Shown: in pieces, positions 30,981 to 40,920 of the stretch
Numbering within the stretch: position 1 is the stretch's first letter
How the letters are laid out: the number at the start of each line of letters is the position of its first letter
DNA from: Nitrosopumilus sp.
Lineage (GTDB): Archaea > Thermoproteota > Nitrososphaeria > Nitrososphaerales > Nitrosopumilaceae
DNA: 64,000 nucleotides
Assembly: GCA_963667665.2 (NCBI GenBank)
Contig: OY763927.2
Span: 672,001 to 736,000, forward strand
Direction: 5' to 3'
Made by a program: the position numbers and the translations under genes
The notes under the pieces: generated by a model
What the model was told of the DNA's origin: nothing
What the model saw: the letters and a program-made list of their open reading frames with translations, nothing else
Databases searched by the model: none

Positions 30981-31472
30981 ATGGTAAAAATCGGTCCAAT
31001 CATTGTAATTGGAGCAATAATAGCTACTATGGGTGCTGGGATGTTCATGTATACACAATATCAAACAAATTACATTTCATCAGTTGCAGGAGAGACAGTT
31101 ACAGTTGGACCAGTAGAGTATGTCATTACATTTGAAGGAACACATGATGGAAGTGAAGAAAAAAGACCTGAAAACACGTTTGTAATGATTGGAATCACTG
31201 CAAAAAACATCAGTGAAGAAAAAACTCTGCTTACAGGAGGACAATTCTATATTGTTGATGAAAAAGAACAAAAACACATTGCAGTTTATGGTGAAGAAAC
31301 ATTTTCTTCTAAAGACTTGTTCATTGTATGGTTAGAACCAAACAAACCAATTGGAATTACAACACAGTTTGATATTTCATTTGATGAAAAAAAATTATAC
31401 AAAATAATTATTAGACCACAAAAAGAACAATCAACAACGGACACAGCTGTTGTTTGCATAACAAATTGTTGA
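30981..31472 (+). CDS. DUF4352-like membrane-anchored Ig-fold protein
   Basis: N-terminal TM helix and beta-rich domain with LEPNKP..FD. Confidence 0.65.
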   Translation: MVKIGPIIVIGAIIATMGAGMFMYTQYQTNYISSVAGETVTVGPVEYVITFEGTHDGSEEKRPENTFVMIGITAKNISEEKTLLTGGQFYIVDEKEQKHIAVYGEETFSSKDLFIVWLEPNKPIGITTQFDISFDEKKLYKIIIRPQKEQSTTDTAVVCITNC

Positions 31473-31573
31473 TCGCATTTTTTAAAAACAAAAAAAATTG
31501 TCAAATTTTTCTATAGGTAGCGTAGTTATGTGTGACTTGTACCATATAACACGCATAACTTTTGGAAAAAGTT

Positions 31574-31864
31574 ATGGCAATATCCAAAGCCAAAAGAGCA
31601 GCAGCAGCTAAAAAAGCAGCACGCACTCGAAAGAGAAACGCAGCAGCAAAAGCAGCAACAAAAGCAGCAGCAGCTACTAAAGCAAAGGCCTCTCGTAGAC
31701 GAAAGGCAGCAGCTAAACCTGGAGCAGCAACTCGCAAGAAAGCAGCTCCAAAACGTAGAGCAGCTCCAAAACGAAAGGCAGCTAAACGTAAAGCAGCTCC
31801 AAAACGTAAAGCAGCTAAACGTAAAGCACCAAAAAGAAAGGCAGCAAAAAAACGTAATCGTTAA
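31574..31864 (+). CDS. Histone H1-like Lys/Arg/Ala-rich basic protein
   Basis: Repeated KRKAAPKRKAA units; ATG at 31574. Confidence 0.75.
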   Translation: MAISKAKRAAAAKKAARTRKRNAAAKAATKAAAATKAKASRRRKAAAKPGAATRKKAAPKRRAAPKRKAAKRKAAPKRKAAKRKAPKRKAAKKRNR

Positions 31865-31906
31865 ACTGTCTAACTTATTTTTTCTATTTTTTTATTCTCA
31901 ATTTAA

Positions 31907-31936
31907 AATGTTTCTATATTCGAGTTTAGAAACATT
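31907..31936. terminator. Palindrome between convergent genes, same family as the 28088 element
   Basis: aatgtttcta-tattcgagtt-tagaaacatt. Confidence 0.5.
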
Positions 31937-31944
31937 CTAAATTA

Positions 31945-32349
31945 CTAGTCTTGCATCTTTAATTCAGGCAAAACAAAAACTTTGTTTGGTTTAATTTTTA
32001 GAATAACTCTTTTTTCATCATCACGTTTGAATGGATAATGTTCACGACCCATGTATTGTTGTGTAAGTTTGTCTGCATGTTTGTATTCATAATCAGGAAT
32101 TAATTCTTCAACAATACCACGAATAGTTGTCATGTCAAGTGGATTATCTTTTGATACAACAGATACTGCAACACGAGGATCACGTAAAACATTTTTGTGT
32201 TTTATTCTTCCTTCAGCAGTATTAATCAAGATATAACCATCATCATAGTTTGCCCAAACAGGAGATACTTGTGGAGAACCATCTTTCATAATTGTTGCAA
32301 TAAAGACAAGATTTTTTTCAGAAAATAATTTTATTGATTTTTCTTCCAA
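31945..32349 (-). CDS. PPOX-class F420-dependent oxidoreductase
   Basis: ATIMKDGSPQVSPVW, KHKNVLRDPRVAVSV. Confidence 0.88.
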   Translation of the reverse strand: MEEKSIKLFSEKNLVFIATIMKDGSPQVSPVWANYDDGYILINTAEGRIKHKNVLRDPRVAVSVVSKDNPLDMTTIRGIVEELIPDYEYKHADKLTQQYMGREHYPFKRDDEKRVILKIKPNKVFVLPELKMQD

Positions 32350-32355
32350 TACTTT

Positions 32356-32865
32356 TCATCGTTGTTTTTTAGTAGACTTTTCAAGTATGTTAGTCATGGC
32401 TCTATTCATAATCTCCATTACCAAATATTGCGAGTATTCTTTAGATTTTTTTCCCTTTGATTTACTAGTTTTAGGCGTCAGACCATTGAGAATCTTTTCA
32501 ATTTTTGTTGAAGTGTTGTTGATTAGCTTGGAGTATTTTGAATCAAAATCTTCAGGAGTTTGGAAATCTAATAGCTTAGTTGATGTACCATAATATTTTT
32601 TTATAGCGCCTCTTGCTTCTTCAATTTTTACAATTTCAATTAATCCAGATTTTTTAAGGATTCCTAGATGATGGCGAACTGTAGTTAATGCTTTTTTGTA
32701 ACCGGCCTTTTTCAAAGCCCTTGTAATCTGATCTGCTGAAAGGGCTTGTCGGTATAAAATTTCCATAATTTTAGCTCGTGAAGGATCTTCAATTGCACGG
32801 GCATGTTCTATGCTTGTTGCAACAATACGATTTACACTGATTTGTTTTTCTAATAAGGTAGACAT
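32356..32865 (-). CDS. ArsR-family winged-helix transcriptional regulator
   Basis: DPSRAKIMEIL, TVRHHLGILKKSGLI, KYY. Confidence 0.85.
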   Translation of the reverse strand: MSTLLEKQISVNRIVATSIEHARAIEDPSRAKIMEILYRQALSADQITRALKKAGYKKALTTVRHHLGILKKSGLIEIVKIEEARGAIKKYYGTSTKLLDFQTPEDFDSKYSKLINNTSTKIEKILNGLTPKTSKSKGKKSKEYSQYLVMEIMNRAMTNILEKSTKKQR

Positions 32866-33206
32866 ACTAAGATTACCTTTCTATCTGATCTAAAAGATCA
32901 TTGTATCATATTTTTTTGTCTAATCGCATTAATTTTTTTTCATTTCTATATTGCTAATTTTGCTATCAATAATATTGTAATTAATACAAGAAATATCATA
33001 ATGCTTTCAACAATATTGGTACCATTACAATATTCATAGAATTAGTAGAATATTTTTGGTAGGGGTTTTAGAAATTTTTTAAAATATCAAAAAATGTATC
33101 TTCAAGAAGTAATGTCACAAAATGACTCATCACGACGCTATTTTGTAAATAGTCAAAAATAAAATTCGAGTTGAATGTTAGCTACTAGTCAACAACAGAT
33201 TAACAA

Positions 33207-34031
33207 TTACAGATGTTTTCCTGAAAGTTTTTCATATGCAATGACATAACGCTCAGTCATTTTTGTAATTATCTCTTGCGGGATTTCTGGTGCTACAGGT
33301 TCTTGCCCAATATCACGTGCATCATCAAATTGTTTTTGATATCCATTAGCAGTTAACCAATCACGTAAAAGTTGTTTGTCATATGCATCTTGAATTTTTC
33401 CTATCTCAAAAGAATCTTTTGGCCATAAACGATACTCATCAGGACCAATTGAATCACCTAATGTAATCTGTCCATTTAAAATTCCAAATTCTAATTTCAA
33501 ATCAGCTAGGATGAACCCAACACCATCAGCAACATCTGCCATTTTTTTATAAATTTCAATTGAAGTTTTTTCTAACCAGTTGTATTGTTCATCAGTAACT
33601 AGATTCATCTCTAATGCTTTTGCTTTGTCAATTGGAATATCATGTTCGGATTTAGTGGTAGGATCAAATATCGGTTCAGGAAGTTTGGCAGCCAATGTGG
33701 TGTCTGTTCCTTCTGGTACTGTTACTTTGCCATTCTTCCATCTATCTACCAAACTTCCATAGAAATAGCCTCTAACAACGCACTCTATTGGAAGCATCTG
33801 CATCTTTTTTACAACAATCTCAGTATCGGATTCACGTAGTACAAAATGGTTTGATACAGATAATTCATTGAACCAAAATTCTGCAAATTTGCACAAAACC
33901 TCACCCTTTCGTGGAATATCTTGTTTGAATTTCACATCATATGCAGAAACTCTGTCTGAGAACTTGAAAAGAATAGTATCATCATCAACATCATAAATGT
34001 CCTTTACTTTACCACTTGTAAGAAACTTCAA
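33207..34031 (-). CDS. purC: SAICAR synthetase
   Basis: SGKVKDIY, FSDRVSAYD, PIECVVRGY, DLKLEFG. Confidence 0.96.
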   Translation of the reverse strand: MKFLTSGKVKDIYDVDDDTILFKFSDRVSAYDVKFKQDIPRKGEVLCKFAEFWFNELSVSNHFVLRESDTEIVVKKMQMLPIECVVRGYFYGSLVDRWKNGKVTVPEGTDTTLAAKLPEPIFDPTTKSEHDIPIDKAKALEMNLVTDEQYNWLEKTSIEIYKKMADVADGVGFILADLKLEFGILNGQITLGDSIGPDEYRLWPKDSFEIGKIQDAYDKQLLRDWLTANGYQKQFDDARDIGQEPVAPEIPQEIITKMTERYVIAYEKLSGKHL

Positions 34032-34076
34032 GCAATCATTCTTGATTATGATGGAATTTAACTGATAGTAAAAATA

Positions 34077-34463
34077 TCATGAACCCATCATTCCTACCAT
34101 CTTTGGCATCTCACGATATGCTTTATTCACAAAAATATCATTATCAGCACTAATCATAACAAATTCCATGGGATTATCTGGTGGTGGAGAAAGTATGATT
34201 TTTTGTCCTGCTTTGAGTGTTTTAAGATCTAGAGTATCTCCTGCACCAAAATTCACATGAATATTTGTCAGTGATTGAGAGCCAGTATTTTGTATTGTTA
34301 CTCTTCCCATTACAAACATACTTTGTTTATCTAAAATTGGGTCAACAAAGATACTATATTCTTCAATAGGAATAGATAATTTTACAATGTCTGCACCAAA
34401 AACTACTACCACTAGTACAATTGCACCAATTCCTGCAGCAATAATTACAGTATACTGATTCAC
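34077..34463 (-). CDS. Membrane-anchored hypothetical protein
   Basis: N-terminal TM helix, beta-rich body. Confidence 0.65.
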   Translation of the reverse strand: MNQYTVIIAAGIGAIVLVVVVFGADIVKLSIPIEEYSIFVDPILDKQSMFVMGRVTIQNTGSQSLTNIHVNFGAGDTLDLKTLKAGQKIILSPPPDNPMEFVMISADNDIFVNKAYREMPKMVGMMGS

Positions 34464-34554
34464 AAATTGTATATTGTTTTTCTAATAAATAAATAATAAT
34501 TGATAAACAAAAAAATAACATTGAGTATTTTTCACGACTAAATAATGCACTTTT

Positions 34555-34692
34555 TTAATACTTTTTAGGTTTCTTTCTCTTTTTCGTTAATTGTTGTTTT
34601 TGCTTGTATTTCTCAACTCGTTGTTTTGCCCTACCTGACTTCTCTCCTTTTTGTAATCTCCCTGATTTTCTCTTTGCTTTTTTCTTTGTCAT
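34555..34692 (-). CDS. Small very basic protein (45 aa)
   Basis: MTKKKAKRKSGRLQKGEKSGRAKQRVEKYK... Confidence 0.45.
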   Translation of the reverse strand: MTKKKAKRKSGRLQKGEKSGRAKQRVEKYKQKQQLTKKRKKPKKY

Positions 34693-34708
34693 TTCAAACC
34701 AACTAACT

Positions 34709-34897
34709 CTAAGAATTGATGAACACCTTTGAGTTTGATACTGTTGTCATCTCAGCCATTTTAATATGTATATTTTCTTTTTTTGAAATCTCTAGCATCT
34801 CATTATGATGTTCTTCTTTCAAATGTATTAAGAATTCTTCTTCTTCAATGTCATTACGTTTGTAATTACAAGATGGAAAGGCACAGTTGAAGTTCAA
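34709..34897 (-). CDS. Small metal-binding protein (DUF1059-like)
   Basis: CAFPSC...HLKEEH pattern. Confidence 0.55.
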   Translation of the reverse strand: MNFNCAFPSCNYKRNDIEEEEFLIHLKEEHHNEMLEISKKENIHIKMAEMTTVSNSKVFINS

Positions 34898-34921
34898 ACC
34901 TCACAACCTACAGGCCTGTGT

Positions 34922-35275
34922 TCATAAATCGAATGTAACATCCAAAAATTCTCCGATTTCCTTAAATGTGAAATTATATGAATCATTGAGTCTTTTTAAA
35001 ATGAGTGATAACTCTGAATTATAACCCCAAGAAAAATCATTTCCAGTAAGATATGGATATACTTTTTCATCTTTAATTCCATGTGATGCCAATATTTGAG
35101 AATGACTTACAAACAATCTTTCTCTACTCAAATGGACAGATGGATCATCACTCTCACAAGCTAATACACCAAGAGCAGACTTACCAATTATTTCTTGTGT
35201 GCCATCTCTAAATTTAATTAAATGTCTAGTTATTTGTGGAGTAGTTGTCTCCATCAATATCTGGCTAATCTTCAT
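34922..35275 (-). CDS. Hypothetical protein
   Basis: 117-aa ATG ORF. Confidence 0.65.
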   Translation of the reverse strand: MKISQILMETTTPQITRHLIKFRDGTQEIIGKSALGVLACESDDPSVHLSRERLFVSHSQILASHGIKDEKVYPYLTGNDFSWGYNSELSLILKRLNDSYNFTFKEIGEFLDVTFDL

Positions 35276-35506
35276 GATTTATGCATAATAATTATGAATC
35301 AAGTTACATAAGATTGATTACAAAATACAGAATGTTATAACTAATTAACTGAAATGAGAGTATCGCTCTAATTTTGCAAATCCCTCTCAAGGAACTATGT
35401 TTGTCCCAATAACGGTCTGGGTCTGTAAGGATTCAGAATCTACAAGTGTACTATTGACATCTGACAGAAGATCATCTTTAATTAAAATAATAATTTCATA
35501 ACTACG

Positions 35507-35650
35507 TTGACTCGTACTTTATTAACAATTATGACCATATCGTTATTTGCAATTTCATTTATTATGATTTCAGATACACAAACTGCTTTTGCAATTACAT
35601 TCTCAACACCTGCTTCAATAGATACAGGCAGTTCATTATTCATTAAAGAT
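35507..35650 (+). pseudogene. N-terminal fragment (signal peptide) of a secreted protein
   Basis: MTRTLLTIMTISLFAISFIMISDTQTAFA-ITFSTP; the sequence character changes after FIKD. Confidence 0.5.
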
Positions 35651-35696
35651 TCAAGAGTAAATGATGATGGTCCTGATGAGAAACCAATGATGTACT

Positions 35697-35873
35697 ATGA
35701 TGAATGAACATAAGATTAGAACATTACTAGAAGACATCAAAACAGTATATCTTGTAGGTTATCATAAAGACGATCTAGATACTGAAGCAGAAAAATGGGG
35801 TCAAATACAGATCTTAGAATTGATTCTAAAAGACAACATTACAAAATTAGAGGTAACTAACAATGGGATTTGA
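35697..35873 (+). CDS. Small hypothetical protein (58 aa) leading the nuclease-helicase cassette
   Basis: MMNEHKIRTLLEDIKTVYLVGYHKDDLDTEAEKWGQIQILELILKD...; overlaps the HNH start. Confidence 0.5.
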   Translation: MMNEHKIRTLLEDIKTVYLVGYHKDDLDTEAEKWGQIQILELILKDNITKLEVTNNGI

Positions 35874-36201
35874 TAATGAAACTGTAGTTGCTGTATATGA
35901 TAAAACAAATGGCTATTGTTACTATTGTGGAAAAAAATTATCCTTAAAAAATTATGGTAAAGTTGGAAACCATGGTGCATGGGAAATAGATCATAGCAAA
36001 CCAAAGTCAAAAGGTGGTACAGACTATCTCAGAAATTTGGTTGTTGCATGTGTAAGTTGTAACCGAGATAAAAGTGCTAGAGGTGGTTCTGGCTACAAAA
36101 GAAACTTTGAACATGAAACTTTTGGTGGTAGATTGGCTAAAGAATTAGGACTACCTGATGGATTTATGGGATCTTCTAGGAAGAAAAGTGATAGGAGATA
36201 A
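35863..36201 (+). CDS. HNH endonuclease
   Basis: CYYCG...EIDHSKPKSKGG...NLVVACVSCNRDK; GAGGT ribosome-binding site. Confidence 0.92.
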   Translation: MGFDNETVVAVYDKTNGYCYYCGKKLSLKNYGKVGNHGAWEIDHSKPKSKGGTDYLRNLVVACVSCNRDKSARGGSGYKRNFEHETFGGRLAKELGLPDGFMGSSRKKSDRR

Positions 36202-36206
36202 ATGAT

Positions 36207-36596
36207 ATGGAATTAAAATGGAGTAAACCAATTCACTATGGTGGAGATGGAAGTTATGATTGGTCTACATATGATGGAGTTTATGTCATTGCAAAGAAAT
36301 CTGATGATAAATTAAAGGCAATTTATATTGGACAAGGTAATATTGCAGAAAATATGCAAAGACATGAAAGCAAAAATGAACAAAATAACTGTTTGAAAGA
36401 TTTTATGCAAAAGAGAAATAAAGATACCAAAGTATACCATGCTAAAATAATCAATGATGACGATAGAAATAACGCTGAATACACTCTTTTTGTATATTTT
36501 GGAGCCACAGATTTGTTGTGTAATGAAAATACCCCTTATGGAGAATATGTTTATTCATTGAATTTCCCATTTGAGAAAATTGAATTAAATTATTGA
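36207..36596 (+). CDS. GIY-YIG-like nuclease
   Basis: GVYVI...IYIGQGNI...AE...CN spacing of the GIY-YIG core; AGGAG ribosome-binding site. Confidence 0.65.
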   Translation: MELKWSKPIHYGGDGSYDWSTYDGVYVIAKKSDDKLKAIYIGQGNIAENMQRHESKNEQNNCLKDFMQKRNKDTKVYHAKIINDDDRNNAEYTLFVYFGATDLLCNENTPYGEYVYSLNFPFEKIELNY

Positions 36597-36622
36597 AATT
36601 AAATGATTATTGAGGTAACAAA

Positions 36623-38260
36623 ATGCTTTTAGATTATTTCCCAAGTGATAAAAATCCACGTGATGGACAAATACAGATCTTAAAGGAATTGGACACTGCA
36701 CTAAATTCTGGATACAAAAAAATTATCATTTCAGCACCAACAGGAATAGGAAAAAGCTATATCGCAAAAACCATTGCAAACTCTAGAGATTCATCCTTTA
36801 TTGTTACATCTACAAAACAACTACAGGATCAATACATCAAAGATTTTCTAAAGATAAAGAGCATCAAAGGAATGGGGAATTTTGCATGCTATCAGTTGAT
36901 GGATCTAGAGAAAACTGATGATATAAAAAAAGCAATGAAGAAAAATCTGACTTGTGATAAAGGTCAGTGTACAGGCAGAAAAGGAGGAATACCAGTAAAT
37001 TCTTGTGATTACAAATCAAAGAAAGATAAAGATTCGGATGAAAAACAGTGCATCTACTATAAACAAAAAACTGAAGGTCTGGAATTCCCACAAACAATAC
37101 TGAATTATGCCCTTTACTTTCAATTAAAAAAATTCCAAGCATCATCACAAGGGGTTCTAAGAGATATTGGAATTTTTGATGAAGCACATACAATTGAAAA
37201 TGAAATTGTCCGATTTTTGGGATTAGATATTTGGGCAGGATATTTTAGCGATGTGGGAATAGCACCAAGTCGATACAAACTAGATGACATTTCAGAAATA
37301 ATTCGTTTACTTGATGATCTAAGAGAAGGTTATGGTAAAATTCTCATGGAAATGGAAGTAGGATCTTTACAACCAAAAAATTCCCATGAGGCTCAAAACT
37401 ATTCGCGACTTTTGAAGAGATTTGAAAGAATTGTGGATGTAAGAGCAATGATTGACAGTGACAGGGAGAATTTTGTCATTCAGACACCAGAAAATGATAC
37501 TGGAGGAAATTTTAGAAAAGTATCCATAGTTCCAATTGAAATTAGTAACTTTGCAGGAGACTACTTTGATTCTAAATATCAGATATTCTTGTCTGCAACA
37601 ATAGATAATGAAAATTTCTCGAATGGTTTAGGTATGAATGATTGCGCCTTTATTGATATGTCAAAATCTCCGTTTTCAAAAGAGAACAGAGAAATTAAAT
37701 TCTTGAATGTACGACAACTAAGACAATCTTCACCACTTGAAGATAGAATTGCAGTAATAAATCACATGAGTTCATTGTTGGAAAAACACAAAACAGAATG
37801 TGGATTAATTCTAACATCGTCTAAAAAAAGATGTTTTGAGATTCTAAAATATTTGCCAAAGGAACAACATAAAAGGATCCAGATTGCACATTCCGAAAAT
37901 GATGATGGCTCCACTATTGAAGAAATTTTAGAAATTCATAAGAATACCAAAAATGGTGTTTTGTTGTCTTCATCATTATGGCAAGGAGTTGATCTCAAAG
38001 ATGCCTTATCTAGATTTCAAATTATTGAAAAGTGTCCATATCTGTATCTTGGAGACAAACGTGTTATGATCAAGAAGACAAAAGATCCAAATTGGTATCG
38101 CTATCAGACAACAATGAAACTGTTACAAGGGTTTGGACGTAGCATTAGAAGTGAAAAAGATCATGCAGTAACATATGTTCTAGATGGAGCAGTTCAGAAT
38201 TTACTAAGATACAACAAGAATATGGTTCCAGTTGCATATCATGATGTAATTTACAATTAA
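36623..38260 (+). CDS. DinG/XPD-family SF2 helicase with Fe-S cysteines
   Basis: Q motif, APTGIGKS, Cys cluster, DEAH, LSAT, QGVD, QGFGRSIRS. Confidence 0.92.
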   Translation: MLLDYFPSDKNPRDGQIQILKELDTALNSGYKKIIISAPTGIGKSYIAKTIANSRDSSFIVTSTKQLQDQYIKDFLKIKSIKGMGNFACYQLMDLEKTDDIKKAMKKNLTCDKGQCTGRKGGIPVNSCDYKSKKDKDSDEKQCIYYKQKTEGLEFPQTILNYALYFQLKKFQASSQGVLRDIGIFDEAHTIENEIVRFLGLDIWAGYFSDVGIAPSRYKLDDISEIIRLLDDLREGYGKILMEMEVGSLQPKNSHEAQNYSRLLKRFERIVDVRAMIDSDRENFVIQTPENDTGGNFRKVSIVPIEISNFAGDYFDSKYQIFLSATIDNENFSNGLGMNDCAFIDMSKSPFSKENREIKFLNVRQLRQSSPLEDRIAVINHMSSLLEKHKTECGLILTSSKKRCFEILKYLPKEQHKRIQIAHSENDDGSTIEEILEIHKNTKNGVLLSSSLWQGVDLKDALSRFQIIEKCPYLYLGDKRVMIKKTKDPNWYRYQTTMKLLQGFGRSIRSEKDHAVTYVLDGAVQNLLRYNKNMVPVAYHDVIYN

Positions 38261-38308
38261 TTTTGAGCCAAATTTGAGCATAAATTTTGTGTTTATATGG
38301 TAAAATAG

Positions 38309-39523
38309 TTACCAATAGTTAGTAATAATGGTACATTTTATGCATCAACTGGACAATCAGCAACTAATCCCGATTTCATTGCAACTGTAAACAAATCAAC
38401 AGGTGTTGCAACTGATGAATGTGAAATGGGAGTTACAGGTGCAGGAATTAATCGATTGGGTTATGATTATACAAATGATAGATTGGTTTCATTACAAGAT
38501 ACTAATTTCTCAGACGTTACAACAATAAGTTTCATTACTGATTTATTACCATTATCTTGTGTCACAACTGATATTACTTCTACAACAATAGATCCAGCAT
38601 ATTTACCACAAACAAATACAGGTCATGCTTTCTCAATTGCTTATCATACAGTAGATGATCTTTTCTACACTTTCACTCAACAGCAAGATGGTAAAGATGG
38701 TTATTCAAGTGTAGACCCATCAACAGCAGATTCGACATTCATAAATGGTTACATAACTGCTGATAGTCAGAATCCACCATTAGAAACGATTGTTACAGAA
38801 GCATTTTCAGTAGGGTTTCAATTTATTTTGAGTATTGCACCACCAGGGTCTGCAACAATTACTGCTTGTGGAGGACAGATGATTGAGAATTTAGATGAGG
38901 GAGAAATAATTGATATTACATGTGGCAGCATTATTGTCACGGTAATTAATGGAGATATAGATCTTGTAGTTGTTTCAACTGAAGGTGATTCTGCTGAAGT
39001 TTCTTTAGATACTGCTGATGAATTTTTCTTTGATGATGATACCTTTACACTAGAATCAACTGTAGGAACAGCAGAAGTTACTATTGTAGCAGAAGATGAA
39101 ACAACAACAGAAATTACTCTTGAAGAAGATAATTCAATTACAGTTGATCCTGAAACCACAATTATTACCGCAGATCCAGACAATCCAACTGATGTTGTTA
39201 TAGTAGTAGATGGAGAAGAAGAAACAATTCCACCTGATGAATCAGCCGCATCATCTCCCGAACAAGCAATTCAGAATCTAATTGATGTGACAATTTCTAT
39301 GAATGTACATCAAGGCACTGAAAATAGTCTAATATCAAATCTTGATTCAGCAATTGACAAACTTACTGATACTAATCCAAATAATGATTCAGCTGCATGT
39401 GGACAATTAGGTTCATTTGAAAATAAAGTAGATGCACAAGATGGCAAGAAACTAACTACAGAACAAGCAGAAACACTTAGAGAACTAGTATCTGACATTA
39501 AATCTGCAATAGACTGTATCTAG
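38309..39523 (+). pseudogene. C-terminal part of an acidic secreted beta-rich protein with a FIMAH-like helical C-terminus, N-terminus missing
   Basis: Frame is open from 38309 with no start or signal peptide; ACGQLGSFENKVDAQDGKKLTTEQA C-terminus. Confidence 0.55.
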
Positions 39524-39672
39524 TTTGGATTTTTAATTTGGGTCTGTAAAGACCCAAACCAGATTTGAAGTAAAAATCAGGACAATATTTTTTGACTAAT
39601 CTTTGAATTTTAAGCCTATGTTATTTGAAATAACATACAGAGTGTAATGTATGAAAATCATATGATTAATTC

Positions 39673-40290
39673 ATGGATAGAAGCATTTCTCTTGTAAAAG
39701 ACGTAATTTTCCATCCTCTTAACAGCTTTAAAGAAATTGCTAGTGATGAAAAATATTCTCACATAGGAATTGGTTTGTTAGTATTTTCAATCATTTATGC
39801 TGCAATACGTGAAATCAATCTTGAATCATCTTCATTTTACGATTCTTCAGGTTATATTATGATTGTGGAAATTTTTAGTATATTCTTAGTTTTTTACTTT
39901 GCAAAAAAATTGGATGGAAAAGGAAAAATTTTAGTATATTTATCAGCATTTGGTTATGCATCAATTCCTCAAATTATAGATTTTATTTTGCTTCCAACTG
40001 TATTTATTTTTGCAAGTATTGCTGGTGTTTCTAATGTAATAGATTCATCAACACTCTCGATAAATGATTTTATTTTTGAGCCATCTGAAATTTATGTTAA
40101 TTATTTTGGAGAATATCTTCCGTATCAACTTTTTTCATATTTCTTTTTTGGATGGTCATTTATTTTAGGAATAATTAGCATAAAACATGTTCATCAAATT
40201 AATTATTTCAAAACAATTATCTCCATAATACTTGGAACTTTTGTTGTTGGTATTGTTGCTGGAATTTTATCAATTTTTTTGATGAGATAA
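39673..40290 (+). CDS. Yip1-family membrane protein
   Basis: VIFHPLNSFKEI start, GYASIP, five TM helices. Confidence 0.75.
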   Translation: MDRSISLVKDVIFHPLNSFKEIASDEKYSHIGIGLLVFSIIYAAIREINLESSSFYDSSGYIMIVEIFSIFLVFYFAKKLDGKGKILVYLSAFGYASIPQIIDFILLPTVFIFASIAGVSNVIDSSTLSINDFIFEPSEIYVNYFGEYLPYQLFSYFFFGWSFILGIISIKHVHQINYFKTIISIILGTFVVGIVAGILSIFLMR

Positions 40291-40341
40291 TTTTTCCAAA
40301 ATTGAATGGTGTATCAATTAGTCTTTGTAGAATTCCTTAAT

Positions 40342-40920
40342 CTATTCTACACAAATTATCAGTGGCTCTATTTTTTCATTACCCTTAATTCCATTAAATC
40401 CACGATCAAATGTTAACAATTCATCACATCCTGTGTCTTTGGCTAATAGGGCATGAAGTATATCTGCAATGAGAATTTGTTTATAGTTACTACTTCTGTA
40501 TTCTTGCCTACAAATACCACATTTGGAATGAAATTTTAGAAAACCTTTACTGTCCACAATCAAATCAAACCCATCGTTTAAGATTGACTGAAAATTTGTC
40601 ATTCTACCTTCTTCAAATTTTATGTTTTTCATGCCTAACAAAATTTTGATGATTTCATCATATGTTTTCTTAGCCTCTGTTCGTACATACTCATCTCGTT
40701 TTTCTTCTTCAACTTGAAGCATTTTTTCTCTTTCTCTACCAATCAGGGTACGTAGTACACCCACCACCTCTGTTAGTGTTAGTGTAGATATGACTCCGAT
40801 GAATTCACCTTCTTCTATTTTTTTAAAAATTTTTTCTGCTTTAGGAAATTGATACTTGTCTTTTTTTGGGCCTACTGCATATGCTATAATGATGTTAGTG
40901 TCTATGTAGATTTTTTTCAA
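40342..40920 (-). CDS. PIN-domain (VapC-like) ribonuclease with a CxxC insert
   Basis: IDTNIII, STLTLTEV, DILHA, LLTFDRGF. Confidence 0.88.
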   Translation of the reverse strand: MKKIYIDTNIIIAYAVGPKKDKYQFPKAEKIFKKIEEGEFIGVISTLTLTEVVGVLRTLIGREREKMLQVEEEKRDEYVRTEAKKTYDEIIKILLGMKNIKFEEGRMTNFQSILNDGFDLIVDSKGFLKFHSKCGICRQEYRSSNYKQILIADILHALLAKDTGCDELLTFDRGFNGIKGNEKIEPLIICVE

